NCBI GenBank assembly: GCA_950097015.1
Contig: CATNEN010000008.1
Span: 2,790,001-2,854,000, forward strand
Origin: Macrostomum hystrix
Lineage: Eukaryota; Animalia; Platyhelminthes
DNA length: 64,000 nucleotides
Reading direction: 5' to 3'
Below are positions 1 to 11,516 of the stretch, one piece after another. Within the stretch, counting starts at the first letter, position 1. Each line of letters starts with the position of its first letter. The position numbers and the translations under genes were made by a program. The notes beneath the pieces are model-generated. The model was not told the DNA's origin and made no database searches. It was given only the letters and a program-made list of their open reading frames with translations.

Positions 1-777
1 GTCATGATGGTTACCAACTCTGGGGATCTGGTCATGATGGTTACCAACTCTGGGGATCTGGTCATGATGGGTATCAACTCTGGGGATCTGGTCATGATGG
101 TTATCAACTCTGGGGATCTGGTCATGATGAGCATCGAGTCTGGGGATCTGGTCATGATGGTTATCAACTCTGGGGATCTGGTCATGATGGGTATCAACTC
201 TGGGGATCTGGTCATGATGAGCATCGAGTCTGGGGATCTGGTCATGATGGTTATCAACTCTGGGGATCTGGTCATGATGGGTATCAACTCTGGGGATCTG
301 GTCATGATGGGTATCAACTCTGGGGATCTGGTCATGATGGTTATCAACTCTGGGGATCTGGTCATGATGAGCATCGAGTCTGGGGATCTGGTCATGATGG
401 TTATCAACTCTGGGGATCTGGTCATGATGGTTACCAACTCTGGGGATCTGGTCATGATGGGTATCAACTCTGGGGATCTGGTCATGATGAGCATCGAGTC
501 TGGGGATCTGGTCATGATGGTTATCAACTCTGGGGATCTGGTCATGATGAGCATCGAGTCTGGGGATCTGGTCATGATGGGTATCAACTCTGGGGATCTG
601 GTCATGATGGGGATCGAGTCTGGGGATCTGGTCATGATGGGGATCGAGTCTGGAGATCTGGTCATGATGGTTACCAACTCTGGGGATCTGGTCATGATGG
701 GTATCAACTCTGGGGATCTGGTCATGATGGGTATCAACTCTGGGGATCTGGTCATAATGGGGATTGAGTCTGGGGAT
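1..777. repeat. 30-bp minisatellite (GTCATGATGG[TTAC/GTAT]CAACTCTGGGGATCTG), ~26 copies, runs off the window start
   Basis: Exact 30-nt periodicity. ORF 4..822 is only the repeat translated (MMVTNSGDLV)n. Confidence 0.97.
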
Positions 778-1391
778 GTTATTTCTATCAATCAATTTTC
801 AAACAAACAAGTTAATACGTGACCAGTTATTTCAATTCAATTCAATCTAATAATCTTCTCATTAGATGTCCGTCAAACAACTCAAACGTAGACCCTACTC
901 ACAATGCAAATGTATACTTTTTAGAAACAAACTACCTAAGCTGAGCTGCAAAACAGCTGTTAGCTGCAGTGGGTTCTGTTCTTCTCTCCCCTCCGCTGCT
1001 GCCCGCAAAGAAAAAAAATTGCTCAACTAAGCAGAAGGCAAAAGTGAGGCTTGACATCAGGGCTGTGTGATTTGGAGCCTGAAGTAGAGCTCTTGCTTTG
1101 TTGCCTACTAAAAGAAGAAACGAATGAGGTTGGGCCATTGTTGATGCCTAGACTGGCGCACTTCCCAATGACTAGCCAGAATGTCCGCTACCTACTGGCA
1201 GCAGACGGTGCCTCGGGTCTTTGAACCGTGGCAGTGCTAGCAGCCTATTGAAGGCTTTCAATCAGCATACTGATGTTTTTGTTCAAGCATAGAATAACAA
1301 TGATACGTAAAGGTGGTCTTTAATCTAAATAAATATTACCTAGGGGATTAAACTACTCACAGTTTGTAACACGCAGTGCTAAAAAAATTGC

Positions 1392-2660
1392 ATCTGAGGA
1401 TCTGGAGATAATGGGTGTTGAGTCTGAGGATCTGGAGATGATGGGTGTTGAGTCTGAGGATCTGGACATAATAGGTGTTGAGTCTGAGGATCTGGAGATG
1501 ATGGGTGTTGAGTCTGAGGATCTGGACATAATAGGTGTTGAGTCTGAGGATCTGGAGATGATGGGTGTTGAGTCTGAGGATCTGGACATGATGGGTGCTG
1601 AGTCTGAGGATCTGGAGATGATGGGTGTTGAGTCTGAGGATCTTGAGATAATAGGTGTTGAGTCTGAGGATCTGGAGATGATAGGTGTTGAGTCTGAGGA
1701 TCAGGAGATAATAGGTGTTAAGTCTGAGGATCTGGAGATGATGGGTGTTGAGTCTGAGGATCTGGAGATGATATGTGTTGAGTCTGAGGATCAGGAGATA
1801 ATAGGTGTTGAGTCTGAGGATCTGGAGATGATGGGTGTTGAGTCTGAGGATCTGGAGATGATATGTGTTGAGTCTGAGGATCTGGAGATGATGGGTGTTG
1901 AGTCTGAGGATCTGGACATGATGGGTGCTGAGTCTGAGGATCTGGAGATGATGGGTGTTGAGTCTGAGGATCTTGAGATAATAGGTGTTGAGTCTGAGGA
2001 TCTGGAGATGATAGGTGTTGAGTCTGAGGATCAGGAGATAATAGGTGTTAAGTCTGAGGATCTGGAGATGATGGGTGTTGAGTCTGAGGATCTGGAGATG
2101 ATGGGTGTTAAGTCTGAGGATCTGGAGATGATGGGTGTTGAGTCTGAGGATCTGGAGATGATATGTGTTGAGTCTGAGGATCAGGAGATAATAGGTGTTG
2201 AGTCTGAGGATCTGGAGATGATGGGTGTTGAGTCTGAGGATCTGGAGATGATGGGTGTTGAGTCTGAGGATCTGGAGATAATAGGTGTTGAGTCTGAGGA
2301 TCAGGAGATAATAGGTGTTGAGTCTGAGGATCTGGAGATGATGGGTGTTGAGTCTGAGGATCTGGAGATGATGGTGTTGAGTCTGAGGATCTGGAGATGA
2401 TGGGTGTTGAGTCTGAGGATCTGGAGATGATGGGTGTTGAGTCTGAGGATCTGGAGATGATGGGTGTTGAGTCTGAGGATCAGGAGATGATAGGTGTTGA
2501 GTCTGAGGATCTGGAGATGATGGGTATCGAGTCTGGGGATCGGGATATGAGGATCTGGTGGGGATCGAGTCTGGGATCTTGATTTAAGGATCTGGTTGCG
2601 GGGATCGAGTCTGGGGATCTGGATATGATGATCTGGTGGGGATTGAGTCTGAGGATCTAG
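1392..2660. repeat. 30-bp minisatellite (ATGGGTGTTGAGTCTGAGGATCTGGAGATG), ~40 copies, degenerate at the right end; sister family of the 1-777 array
   Basis: 30-nt periodicity. Shares the TCTG(A/G)GGATCTGG..ATGATGG frame with the first array. Confidence 0.96.
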
Positions 2661-2895
2661 AGATCGTGTCCAATAAAATTTAGAAAATATTTTCTTAAAG
2701 CAACTTTTAAGAAGCTAAAATATCTTCCCTAGTGTTGGTAATTTGACCGCACCAAACGAATCCTCATTTCACAAGTGGCCGCTCGCCTTTAACTCATCAG
2801 AAAACTCTTGCTTTCTCTATATTTCTTAGAACCCTCTTCAGAAGACTTTCTCCTCCAGAAAATTACGTATGCTAATTTCTGCTCGAACTTCTCAC

Positions 2896-5315
2896 CCTCT
2901 ACATGACGACCGATTAGGCTCAAAATACCAAGTTCCACCAGCTCCTTGGATGAGTCCCGAGATGACCTGGCTATGACCCGTTGGCTGCGACTGGCAAAGT
3001 TCAATGTCTACACTGACACTCCACTGTCTACCTGACACTCCACTGTCTACTCTGACACTCCACTGTCTACTCTGACACTCCACTGTTTACTCTGACACTC
3101 CACTGTCTACTCTGACACTCCACTGTCTACCTGACACTCCACTGTCTACTCTGACACTCCACTGTCTACTCTGACACTCCACTGTCTACTCTGACACTCC
3201 ACTGTCTACCTGACACTCCACTGTCTACTCTGACACTCCACTGTCTACTCTGACACTCCACTGTTTACTCTGACACTCCACTGTCTACTCTGACACTCCA
3301 CTGTCTACTCTGACACTCCACTGTTTACTCTGACACTCCACTGTCTACTCTGACACTCCACTGTCTACCTGACACTCCACTGTCTACTCTGACACTCCAC
3401 TGTCTACTCTGACACTCCACTGTCTACTCTGACACTCCACTGTCTACTCTGACACTCCACTGTCTACTCTGACACTCCACTGTCTACTCTGACACTCCAC
3501 TGTCTACTCTGACACTCCACTGTCTACTCTGACACTCCACTGTCTACTCTGACACTCCACTGTCTACCTGACACTCCACTGTCTACTCTGACCTCATCAT
3601 TTGAAGTGGTCCATGAAATTCTTTAAAAACAGACGTGACATCAATCAAAGACAGTCCTTTATAAAAGCAAGTGAGAAAATCATTCTCAGAGCTATCGTCT
3701 ATCACTGCTCAAGGCTCCTAGATAGCGCTGATCAGTTGGGAATATTGTTTAACCCACTGACATCATTTTCAAAGCCTCCCTGTTTGGCGATCCCTTTGAC
3801 TCAGAAGCGACTCAGAGGTTTTGGCGTCGACGACGGAGGTCAAAGGGTCGGCTGAACCCCGCGCCTTCAGTTAGGCACGCGCTCAAACATGACCGTCAGA
3901 TGCTTATCCGCCCCGGCTGTGTTTGCACAGAGCGGGCAATGCTTAAGAAATCCCGAAGCAGTTGTACCACCATACTTTCCCCTCTAGTCTGCATGCAGCT
4001 TCCATGGGAGAATGCCTACCAGCCCTTCATTTTCTCTCGTTCGCTGGTCTCTCTCTCTCCTGTCTGGCTGTCCGTCTCTCTGTCTGTCTGTCTGGCATTG
4101 CCTTTGTTTGTTGGAGTCTGGATGCTGTTGAGTTCAGTTCTTAATCTTTCATATAAAGCCTCACTATGGCCTGCATCACTGTTGTATTGTTTTTCATAAT
4201 ATTCATTTTACTCATATCTCCGTCACTCTCATATCTGTCACTCTCATCTCTGTCACTCTCATCTCTGTCACTCTCATCTCTGTCACTCCCATCTCTGTCA
4301 CTCTCATCTCTGTCACTCTCATCTCTGTCACTCTTATCTCTGTCACTCTTATATCTGTCACTCTCATCTCTGTCACTCTCATCTCTGTCACTCTCATCTC
4401 TGTCACTCTCATCTCTGTCACTCTCATCTCTGTCACTCTCATCTCTGTCACTCTCATCTCTGTCACTCTCATCTCTGTCACTCTCATCTCTGTCACTCTC
4501 ATCTCAAACTTCCCACAATTATCCTAGCGGCACTGAAATCCCTCAACCTGTAATAACAAATTCTCCCATCTCCTCTTGTAGGCTACCTTTAAATAAGCGG
4601 AACAATGTCCCAACAGCCGCACCTGTCACTCCAATCCCTGACTCACTCTTTAATCCACACTTTTTTCTCAACATCCCTGCTCTCCAGTCCCCCTGTGTAA
4701 TGATCCCATCATCCCCCATCATCCACACAGCCTCCTAAAGAGCTTTCCTTTGTTCAATAAAGAGGTGAAGTAATGGTGGCATTGTGTGAGGCTTGAACGG
4801 CTATTAAAGAAATAAGCGATTGAGTTCTCGATACTGTTGAATTAAGAAGGAAAATATTTTTCAGTGTGTGGCCGGGTAGAAGAGAAGCAGATCGCGCTAA
4901 ACTTGATGAGGAATGAAATCTGTACTGGGGATAGATTAAACTTTTGGATTGTTGCATATTGGATTTCTATCCCACTGACCCCAATGACCCGGATAAAAAG
5001 GATTTTACCGCTTCTAAAAAATATTAACAATGTGGGGCAGTAAATCATAGCTGTACCAATCAAATACCAGCTTGCGCATCGGCTAGAGCTGTTTATAATG
5101 CTGAACTCCGCTTCTGAATTCGTACTGCGAGCACAAGGAGAGACGACTTCTGGAAAGTGTGGGACATTGCGACTTGCTCCAAACATATTTCCATAATCTT
5201 ACCAATCAGATCTGCGGATTAACAGCAAGGGATGAGAAAAGTGAGCAGCTTGGGGCGATAAAACGTTTATGATGGTCAGCTCTTCAATAATATCTGCCGC
5301 GACCAATGTCCTTAT
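2896..5315 (-). CDS. Putative exons of an unidentified multi-exon gene (candidate exons 5203-5315, from 5124, 3593-3704, 2896-3012); ends not determined
   Basis: GT/AG-bounded segments that splice in frame without stops. 3593-3704 + 2896-3012 gives IDDSSENDFLTCFYKGLSLIDVTSVFKEFHGPLQMMSVDIELCQSQPTGHSQVISGLIQGAGGTWYFEPNRSSCR(G)|GTGAG. 5203-5315 gives IRTLVAADIIEELTIINVLSPQAAHFSHPLLLIRRSD|GTAAG. No family recognised. Confidence 0.42.
3013..3592. repeat. 19/20-bp minisatellite (CTGACACTCCACTGTCTACT), ~29 copies; coincides exactly with a predicted intron
   Basis: Direct periodicity. On the minus strand it begins GTCAGAG and ends GTGTCAG. Confidence 0.96.
4213..4505. repeat. 15-bp minisatellite (ATCTCTGTCACTCTC), ~19 copies
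   Basis: Direct periodicity; source of the (MRVTE)n and (SLSSL)n ORFs. Confidence 0.96.
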
Positions 5316-6310
5316 CTGAGTCTTCCATTGTCAATCTCCTTATCTCTCATTATCAATATCCTTATCTCTCATTATCAATATCCTTATCTCTCATTATCAA
5401 TATCCTTATCTCTCATTATCAATATCCTTATCTCTCATTATCAATATCCTTATCTCTCATTATCAATATCCTTATCTCTCATTATCAATATCCTTATCTC
5501 TCATTATCAATATCCTTATCTCTCATTATCAATATCCTTATCTCTCATTATCAATATCCTTATCTCTCATTATCAATATCCTTATCTCTCATTATCAATA
5601 TCCTTATCTCTCATTATCAATATCCTTATCTCTCATTATCAATATCCTTATCTCTCATTATCAATATCCTTATCTCTCATTATCAATATCCTTATCTCTC
5701 ATTATCAATATCCTTATCTCTCATTATCAATATCCTTATCTCTCATTATCAATATCTTTAACTCTCATTATCAATATCCTTAAATCTCATTTTCAATATC
5801 CTTTATCTGAGTCTCTCATTATCAATCTCCTTATCTAAGTGACTCATAATCAATCTCCTTAAAGGAGTCTCTCATTATCAATATCCTTATCTCTCATTAT
5901 CAATATCCTTAACTCGCATTATCAATATCCTTATCTGAGTCTCTCATTATCAATCTCCTTATCTGAGTCTCTCATTATCAATCTACTTATCCGAGTCTCT
6001 CATTATCAATATCCTTATCGGAGACTCTCATTATCAATCTCCTTATCTGAGTCTCTCATTATCAATCTACTTATCCGAGTCTCTCATTATCAATCTCCTT
6101 ATCCGAGTCTCTCATTATCAATCTCCTTATCCGAGTCTCTCATTATCAATCTACTTATCGGAGTCTCTCATTATCAATATCCTTATCGGAGACTCTCATT
6201 ATCAATCTCCTTATCTGAGTCTCTCATTATCAATCTCCTTATCTGAGTCTCTCATTATCAATCTCCTTATCCGAGTCTCTCATTATCAATCTCCTTATCC
6301 GAGTCTCTCA
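5316..6310. repeat. Compound 22-bp (TCTCTCATTATCAATATCCTTA) to 28-bp (adds TC[T/C]GAG) minisatellite
   Basis: 22-nt period to about 5780, then 28-nt units. Confidence 0.95.
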
Positions 6311-7489
6311 TAAGAAATCTGCAGCATTCGTGTGGACACAGCTGCACATTTGTATTTGGGATATAGTTTTCTGCACCCTCTACATACACAAATAGGGGTA
6401 CTTTTCCTAGCCATCATGAGATAGCAGTACTCAACATTTCTGCTCACTTATATGGAAGAATTTTTAGCTTTTACTTATTCATGCCGCTGCCGACAGGGAA
6501 TTCAGTACCCGGGCTGTTCTGGTTGAGATTTGACTTGTGATCCACCAGTCCATCTATCTACTAGTCCATCCCTCTTTAGTGTGACTAGAAAAGCCTTTTA
6601 GAAATCAGCTAAATGTCCTTTTAACAAAGTTTCGTTTCTAGTTTCCTTACTTCCAAATAATAGTGTGCAATGGGTGAATGAGGTTAGACCATAGACAATA
6701 GACATCAAATTTTTAATGACTTTACAGTATGTCGTCTCTCTTAATGTGTAGCTGTATGTTTCTAACATGGACTTCTATGGCAAGCACCTGCGTGCCAGCT
6801 ATAGAAGTCCATGATTGTTTGGGAATAAAGAAAACGACGAAAAACCCTTGTGCTGCGGTGAATTTTAAGCAAAACTCAACCTAAAAATCTAATTGGCCAA
6901 GACCTGTCACGTGCTTGTGCTGAGGATGACGAAATAAAGGGCTACCCCACGGGACTTTCTAAAAATAGAATTAAGCTGGCCTTCACTAACCAATCAATTT
7001 TTTCAGTTTTTTTTCAGAGACAGACTATTATAATTTTGATTTCAGATTTTTCTACGATAAGTGAAGATTTGAGCATAAAAGTTTAGTAATTGAGGAAGGC
7101 GTGTGATTTCAGAAAAAAATTACAACGCAAATTTCCAAGAATCCCTCAGCGTGACCTCCGCTCAGTTTGGCTAATAAAAAATGTTTTTTATTAACCAGAA
7201 AAATCCTTGAGCAGTTTTTTTGGGAATTACGATTACGCAACGCCTCATAAGAATGACCGCGCTCTTAATCCGACTGCTCAGCATCCAATGCTCCGAGTGG
7301 ATCGCCGCTGAGCACTTCTCAACAAGATTTGGCCCCCGGTTAAAAATTCTCATGAGATGAGATCGATGATCCCTCCTGGCTGCCTTGTTACACAGATTTC
7401 CCATATTGCTCCATGTTGAGTTGCATTATAGGTTCTGCAGTGATTCCTGTCATGAGTCTAGGATATGGATTTGAGATCATGTAATGTGA

Positions 7490-8093
7490 GGGAGATAAGA
7501 TGAGATAAGATGAGATTATATGAGATTAAAAGATATGAGATAAGATTAGATGAGATTTGGTTAGAAGATGTGAGATAAGATTAGATGAGATGAGATTAGA
7601 AGATATGAGATAAGATTAGATGAGATGAGATTAGAAAATGTGAGGTGAGATTAGATGAGATGTGGTTAGAAGATGTGAGATGAGATTAGATGAGATGTGG
7701 TTAGAAGATGTGAGATAAGATTTGATGAGATGTGGTTAGAAGATGTGAGATGAGATTAGATGAGATGAGATTAGAAGATATGAGATGAGATTAGATGAGA
7801 TGAGATTAGAAGATATGAGATGAGATTAGATGAGATGTGGTTAGAAGATGTGAGATGAGATTAGATGAGATGAGATTAGAAGATATTGGATAAGATTAGA
7901 TGAGATGTGGTTAGAAGATGTGAGATGAGATTAGATGAGATGAGATTAGAAGATATTGGATAAGATTAGATGAGATGTGGTTAGAAGATGTGAGATAAGA
8001 TTTGATGAGATGTGGTTAGAAGATGTGAGATAAGATAAGATTTGATGAGATGTGGTTAGAAGATGTGAGATAAGATTAGATGAGATAAGATAA
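7490..8093. repeat. Degenerate ~30-bp purine-rich minisatellite built from GAGAT/TTAGA pentamers
   Basis: Recurrent GAGATTAGATGAGATGTGGTTAGAAGATGT units. Confidence 0.9.
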
Positions 8094-8664
8094 TGCAAAA
8101 GCTTATATTTACGAGTTGAGCTTATGATACTGAGTGAGTTATGATGACATTGAATAACTTAATCTGAATTTACTATTGAAATGAAACCATTTGAACTAAA
8201 GGAGAAAAAATTTGTTGGAAGCGACGGAAAATTGATAAGATCAGCTGCCGGCTCTTCATTTTTGTCTCTGATGCAGTGCACGCAACAGAGAGATTGCTTT
8301 GACTGATACAAAGGCAGAAGAAAACAAAGACGGAGGCTTCGCTGCAGACTTTAATTGTCAATTTCGCCGGTCGAAGCCGATCGCTTCTTCTGTCTTTTTT
8401 ACCGGGCCTTCAAGTTGCGGGCAGCAGCTGTGCTGGGCGAATCGCAGTTACACTTGCCCACTGGAAGAATCCGTCTCCTTGGATGGATCCTTAGCGGGTT
8501 GGAGCCGCTTTTGAATAAGGAACCTGTCATCTGTTCCTTATTCGTCAGGGGAAAGAAGCGAACCAAATCCGCTAAAGAAGCCGCTGGTTGCTAGGGGCCT
8601 GGTTTCATAAACCTACTCCCCGGCTATTCCCCTGGATTTCTTAGTAATTTAATATAGGGGAGTA

Positions 8665-8860
8665 GGAGATCAGAGACAAGAGAGAATGGAGAAGAGAGAG
8701 AGGAGGAGGGGGAGAGGAGAGAGAGAAGAGGAAGGAGAGAGAAGGGAGAGAGGAGGAAAGAGAAAGCATGAGGGGGAGAGGAGGAGGGGGGAGAGGAAGG
8801 GGGAGGAGGAGAGGAAGGGGGAGGAGGAGAGGATGGAGAGGACTAGAGTGGAGAGTTCAG
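8665..8860. repeat. GA-rich low-complexity tract
   Basis: Almost exclusively G/A. Confidence 0.85.
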
Positions 8861-9247
8861 ATAGGAGAGAAATCTACCATTCGGAATTCCCAGTAACGCA
8901 GGACCCAAGGTTTGCACTGTTAGATCCCAGATGTTGATGGATACTGTACATACCCACGCTTGCAAACATGGGAAAAGTTCAAGTCAATGTTGCTACAAAG
9001 TGCGAGTATCGAGTTTTTTAAGGCCCATGATGCTAGCATATGCTTTAGCCTATAACTAGCGGTGCACAACTAGCATTTGATTTCATGTCGATGCTGTTTA
9101 TTCACCTGCAGCTGACCAGAATACACACTGGTCATTGGGAACCCAGCCAACCAATGCTGATGGGTAGAGAGGGCTTTGGCTTCAGTTACCGATTCTTAGT
9201 CGATTTAAATTTCTCTGCGTATTAGTAATACATTCGCCTTGTGTTTG

Positions 9248-9883
9248 GCTGCTGCTGCTGCTTCTTCTTCTTCTTCTTGCCAGCGCCCTCAACGCTGCTG
9301 CTGCTGCTTCTTCTTCTTCTTCTTGCCAGCGCCCTCAACGCTGCTGCTGCAGCTGGGGGCCGCATGGCACGCAGGATCTTGACGGCCGCAGCCGGGTGGG
9401 TGAGCACATCGGCCATCACGTCCGGGTCCAGCTGAGATCTGACGGTGTCGGCGCGGGGGCACTCGTAAAGGATATGTTGCTCGCTGTCCACGGCCCCGCA
9501 GTCGTGGCAGCGCGGGTCGGCTGCAGCGCCGATACGGTGACGGGTGGCTGCGGCCAGCATGGAGGCTCCAGCCCGCAGCTGGTTGATAGCGACCGCCTCT
9601 TTCCTGTTGAAGTTATTCGGGATGGGGGGCCAGGGGTCTCTCCCGAAGAAGTTTCGGTCCTTGAGGCGTCGGTCCCGCCTGATAGCCGCCTTGGCGGCCT
9701 GGAGCGAGATCGGTGTTGCGCTGTTGTTGTTAAGTTCCTTGGCTCTGTTAGCGGCTCTGTCCGCGGCCTCGTTGCCAGCGATGCCGCAGTGGGCTGGGAC
9801 CCAGATCAGCTCGAAGGAGCGGTGGCTGTTGGCGATTTCGGCCCAGCAGTCGGTTCCAAGCTGTTGCTGCTGCTGCTGCTGCT
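9248..9883 (-). mobile_element. 5'-truncated non-LTR retrotransposon 3' end (RNase H C-terminal half plus CCHC knuckle; I/Nimb/Loa-type architecture) between CAG tracts, with (AAG)6 tail
   Basis: ORF 9222-9890 contains FELIWVPAHCGIAGNEAADRAA (RNase H W.P.H.GI.GNE.AD motif) followed by CHDCGAVDSEQHILYEC. No RT present. (CAG)n flanks both ends. Confidence 0.85.
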
Positions 9884-10072
9884 TAGGCACTAATTTACAA
9901 TGGCTACACGTTCAAGGGAATATGTAGATAAGATATAATAAGATTTCAGCATTATTTATGGGAGCTTCTGACTAGACGGTCGGCAGTTCGAATCTTTAGT
10001 CTATAAGAAACAAATTGTGCCATTTAACAGTAGAGAGACCACGATATTTTTCCCCCTTATATTGCTCTGTTC

Positions 10073-10250
10073 AGAAAGTCAGGGCAGATGTACACACCTG
10101 TGTGAGTGTGTGCCTGCGTACAGTATCTGTGTGCGTGTGTGCTCAGGAGTCAGCGGAATGGGCAGAATTGCCTCCTCGCCGGCTGCGGGTCTAGTGTCAC
10201 CATTGTGATGTGCCATTGCCTGCAGCCCTCCTGCAATTATTATTATTATT
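10073..10250 (+). mobile_element. tRNA-derived SINE, 5'-truncated copy with (ATT)n tail
   Basis: Body GGCAGATGTACACACCTGTGTGAGTGTGTGCC...GCCTCCTCGC..CAGCCCTCCTGCAATTATTATT is shared with four other copies in the window. Confidence 0.85.
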
Positions 10251-10690
10251 GGACACAAAATATCACCAATTATTAGATAGGAGAGATAAGTTAACATGGA
10301 CTCAAAAGCTGGGAGGCTTCTCATTGGACTTATTAAAACTAACGATTTAAAAAGTGCAATCCTGAAAAAACTATTCCAATGGATTTCATCCAAAAAACTT
10401 CAAGCAATGTCAATCTCCCAATTAAATTGTGGGAAATCAACTTAAAAAAACATCAGTTTTACTCTGACAAGCACCTGTCAATCACTCTGATTTAGTTTAC
10501 TCGCATTGCTAGTTATCTGCAGCTGAAATTCTGCCAATCCTACTCTCCAGGCGAGGCATTGTTTAGTGACATTGGTGTCCATTTTTGAAAACTCGCAGAG
10601 GTTTAAGGCAGTTCAATTGGAATAATTATTGTTTACATTTTTATCTTTAGGCTTTAAAAAATATTCTGCAACAATGTACTGCTCATCTAA

Positions 10691-10962
10691 CGGATGGCAG
10701 TGAGTCTATCTCGCACCAAGGTCCCTAAGTTCGATTCCTCGGCGAGGCCACATTCATTTGGGTCGCAGCCGCGGAGAGAAGGCTTGGTGGCTTGTCGTGT
10801 CCAAGGCACAGTGAGAGTGTACACTGACGGCAGATGTACACACACCTGTGTGAGAGTGTGCCTGTGTACGGTATCTGTGTGCGTGTGTGCTCAGGAGTCA
10901 GCGAAATGGGCAGAATTGCCTCCTCGCTGACTGCGGGTCTGGTGTCACCAAATGATGTGCCA
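10691..10962 (+). mobile_element. tRNA-derived SINE, near full length, tail missing
   Basis: B-box GTTCGATTCC at about 10729-10738; same body as the other copies. Confidence 0.85.
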
Positions 10963-11516
10963 GTCAGTACTTGTAGCAACTTTTTTAAGGGAGGCCAGAC
11001 ATGAAATATAAGAGCTAATTGCTAATTGAATGCAATCTTCAAATGATCAAAGTTCACCATTCCTCCAGAAAAGTGGATTCATAAATTCTTCGCTCGTAAA
11101 ACTTTTTTTATTCCGGAAAAATTGTCCATGGCCATGAATTCAAGAAATTACGACCATTTCCAGGAAGCAGACCCGCGTCTTGAAGCAATAATTAGAATTG
11201 CGAAAATGCATGAATTGTCCGACCGGGCCAGGCAATAAAGATGGCTAGAATGATGGCCAGATTGATGAGATTCAGCTTAAATACTTTCTGGGATTTGCCA
11301 AAGAAATCCATTCTGAATCAATTGGAGTGTCCCAGAGTAGCAGCTCTGTGGACTTCTATTCTGAAGATTTCTAAACTCTACTATCGCTACCGAACAAAAA
11401 ACTATTAGTTTTCGGACACTTTCAATCGTCAATTGCCTGCAGTCTTTTAATCTCAACTTTTAACCAGTCTTTTATTTCTTGGACTTTCTTGGGAATGTTA
11501 TAAAAAAACTTAATCA

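Noticed and set aside
4-2582. Long ORFs (272 aa, 329 aa) of decapeptide repeats
   Set aside because: Unit length is a multiple of 3 and stop-free by chance. A 1-nt deletion near 2372 shifts the frame with no sign of constraint.
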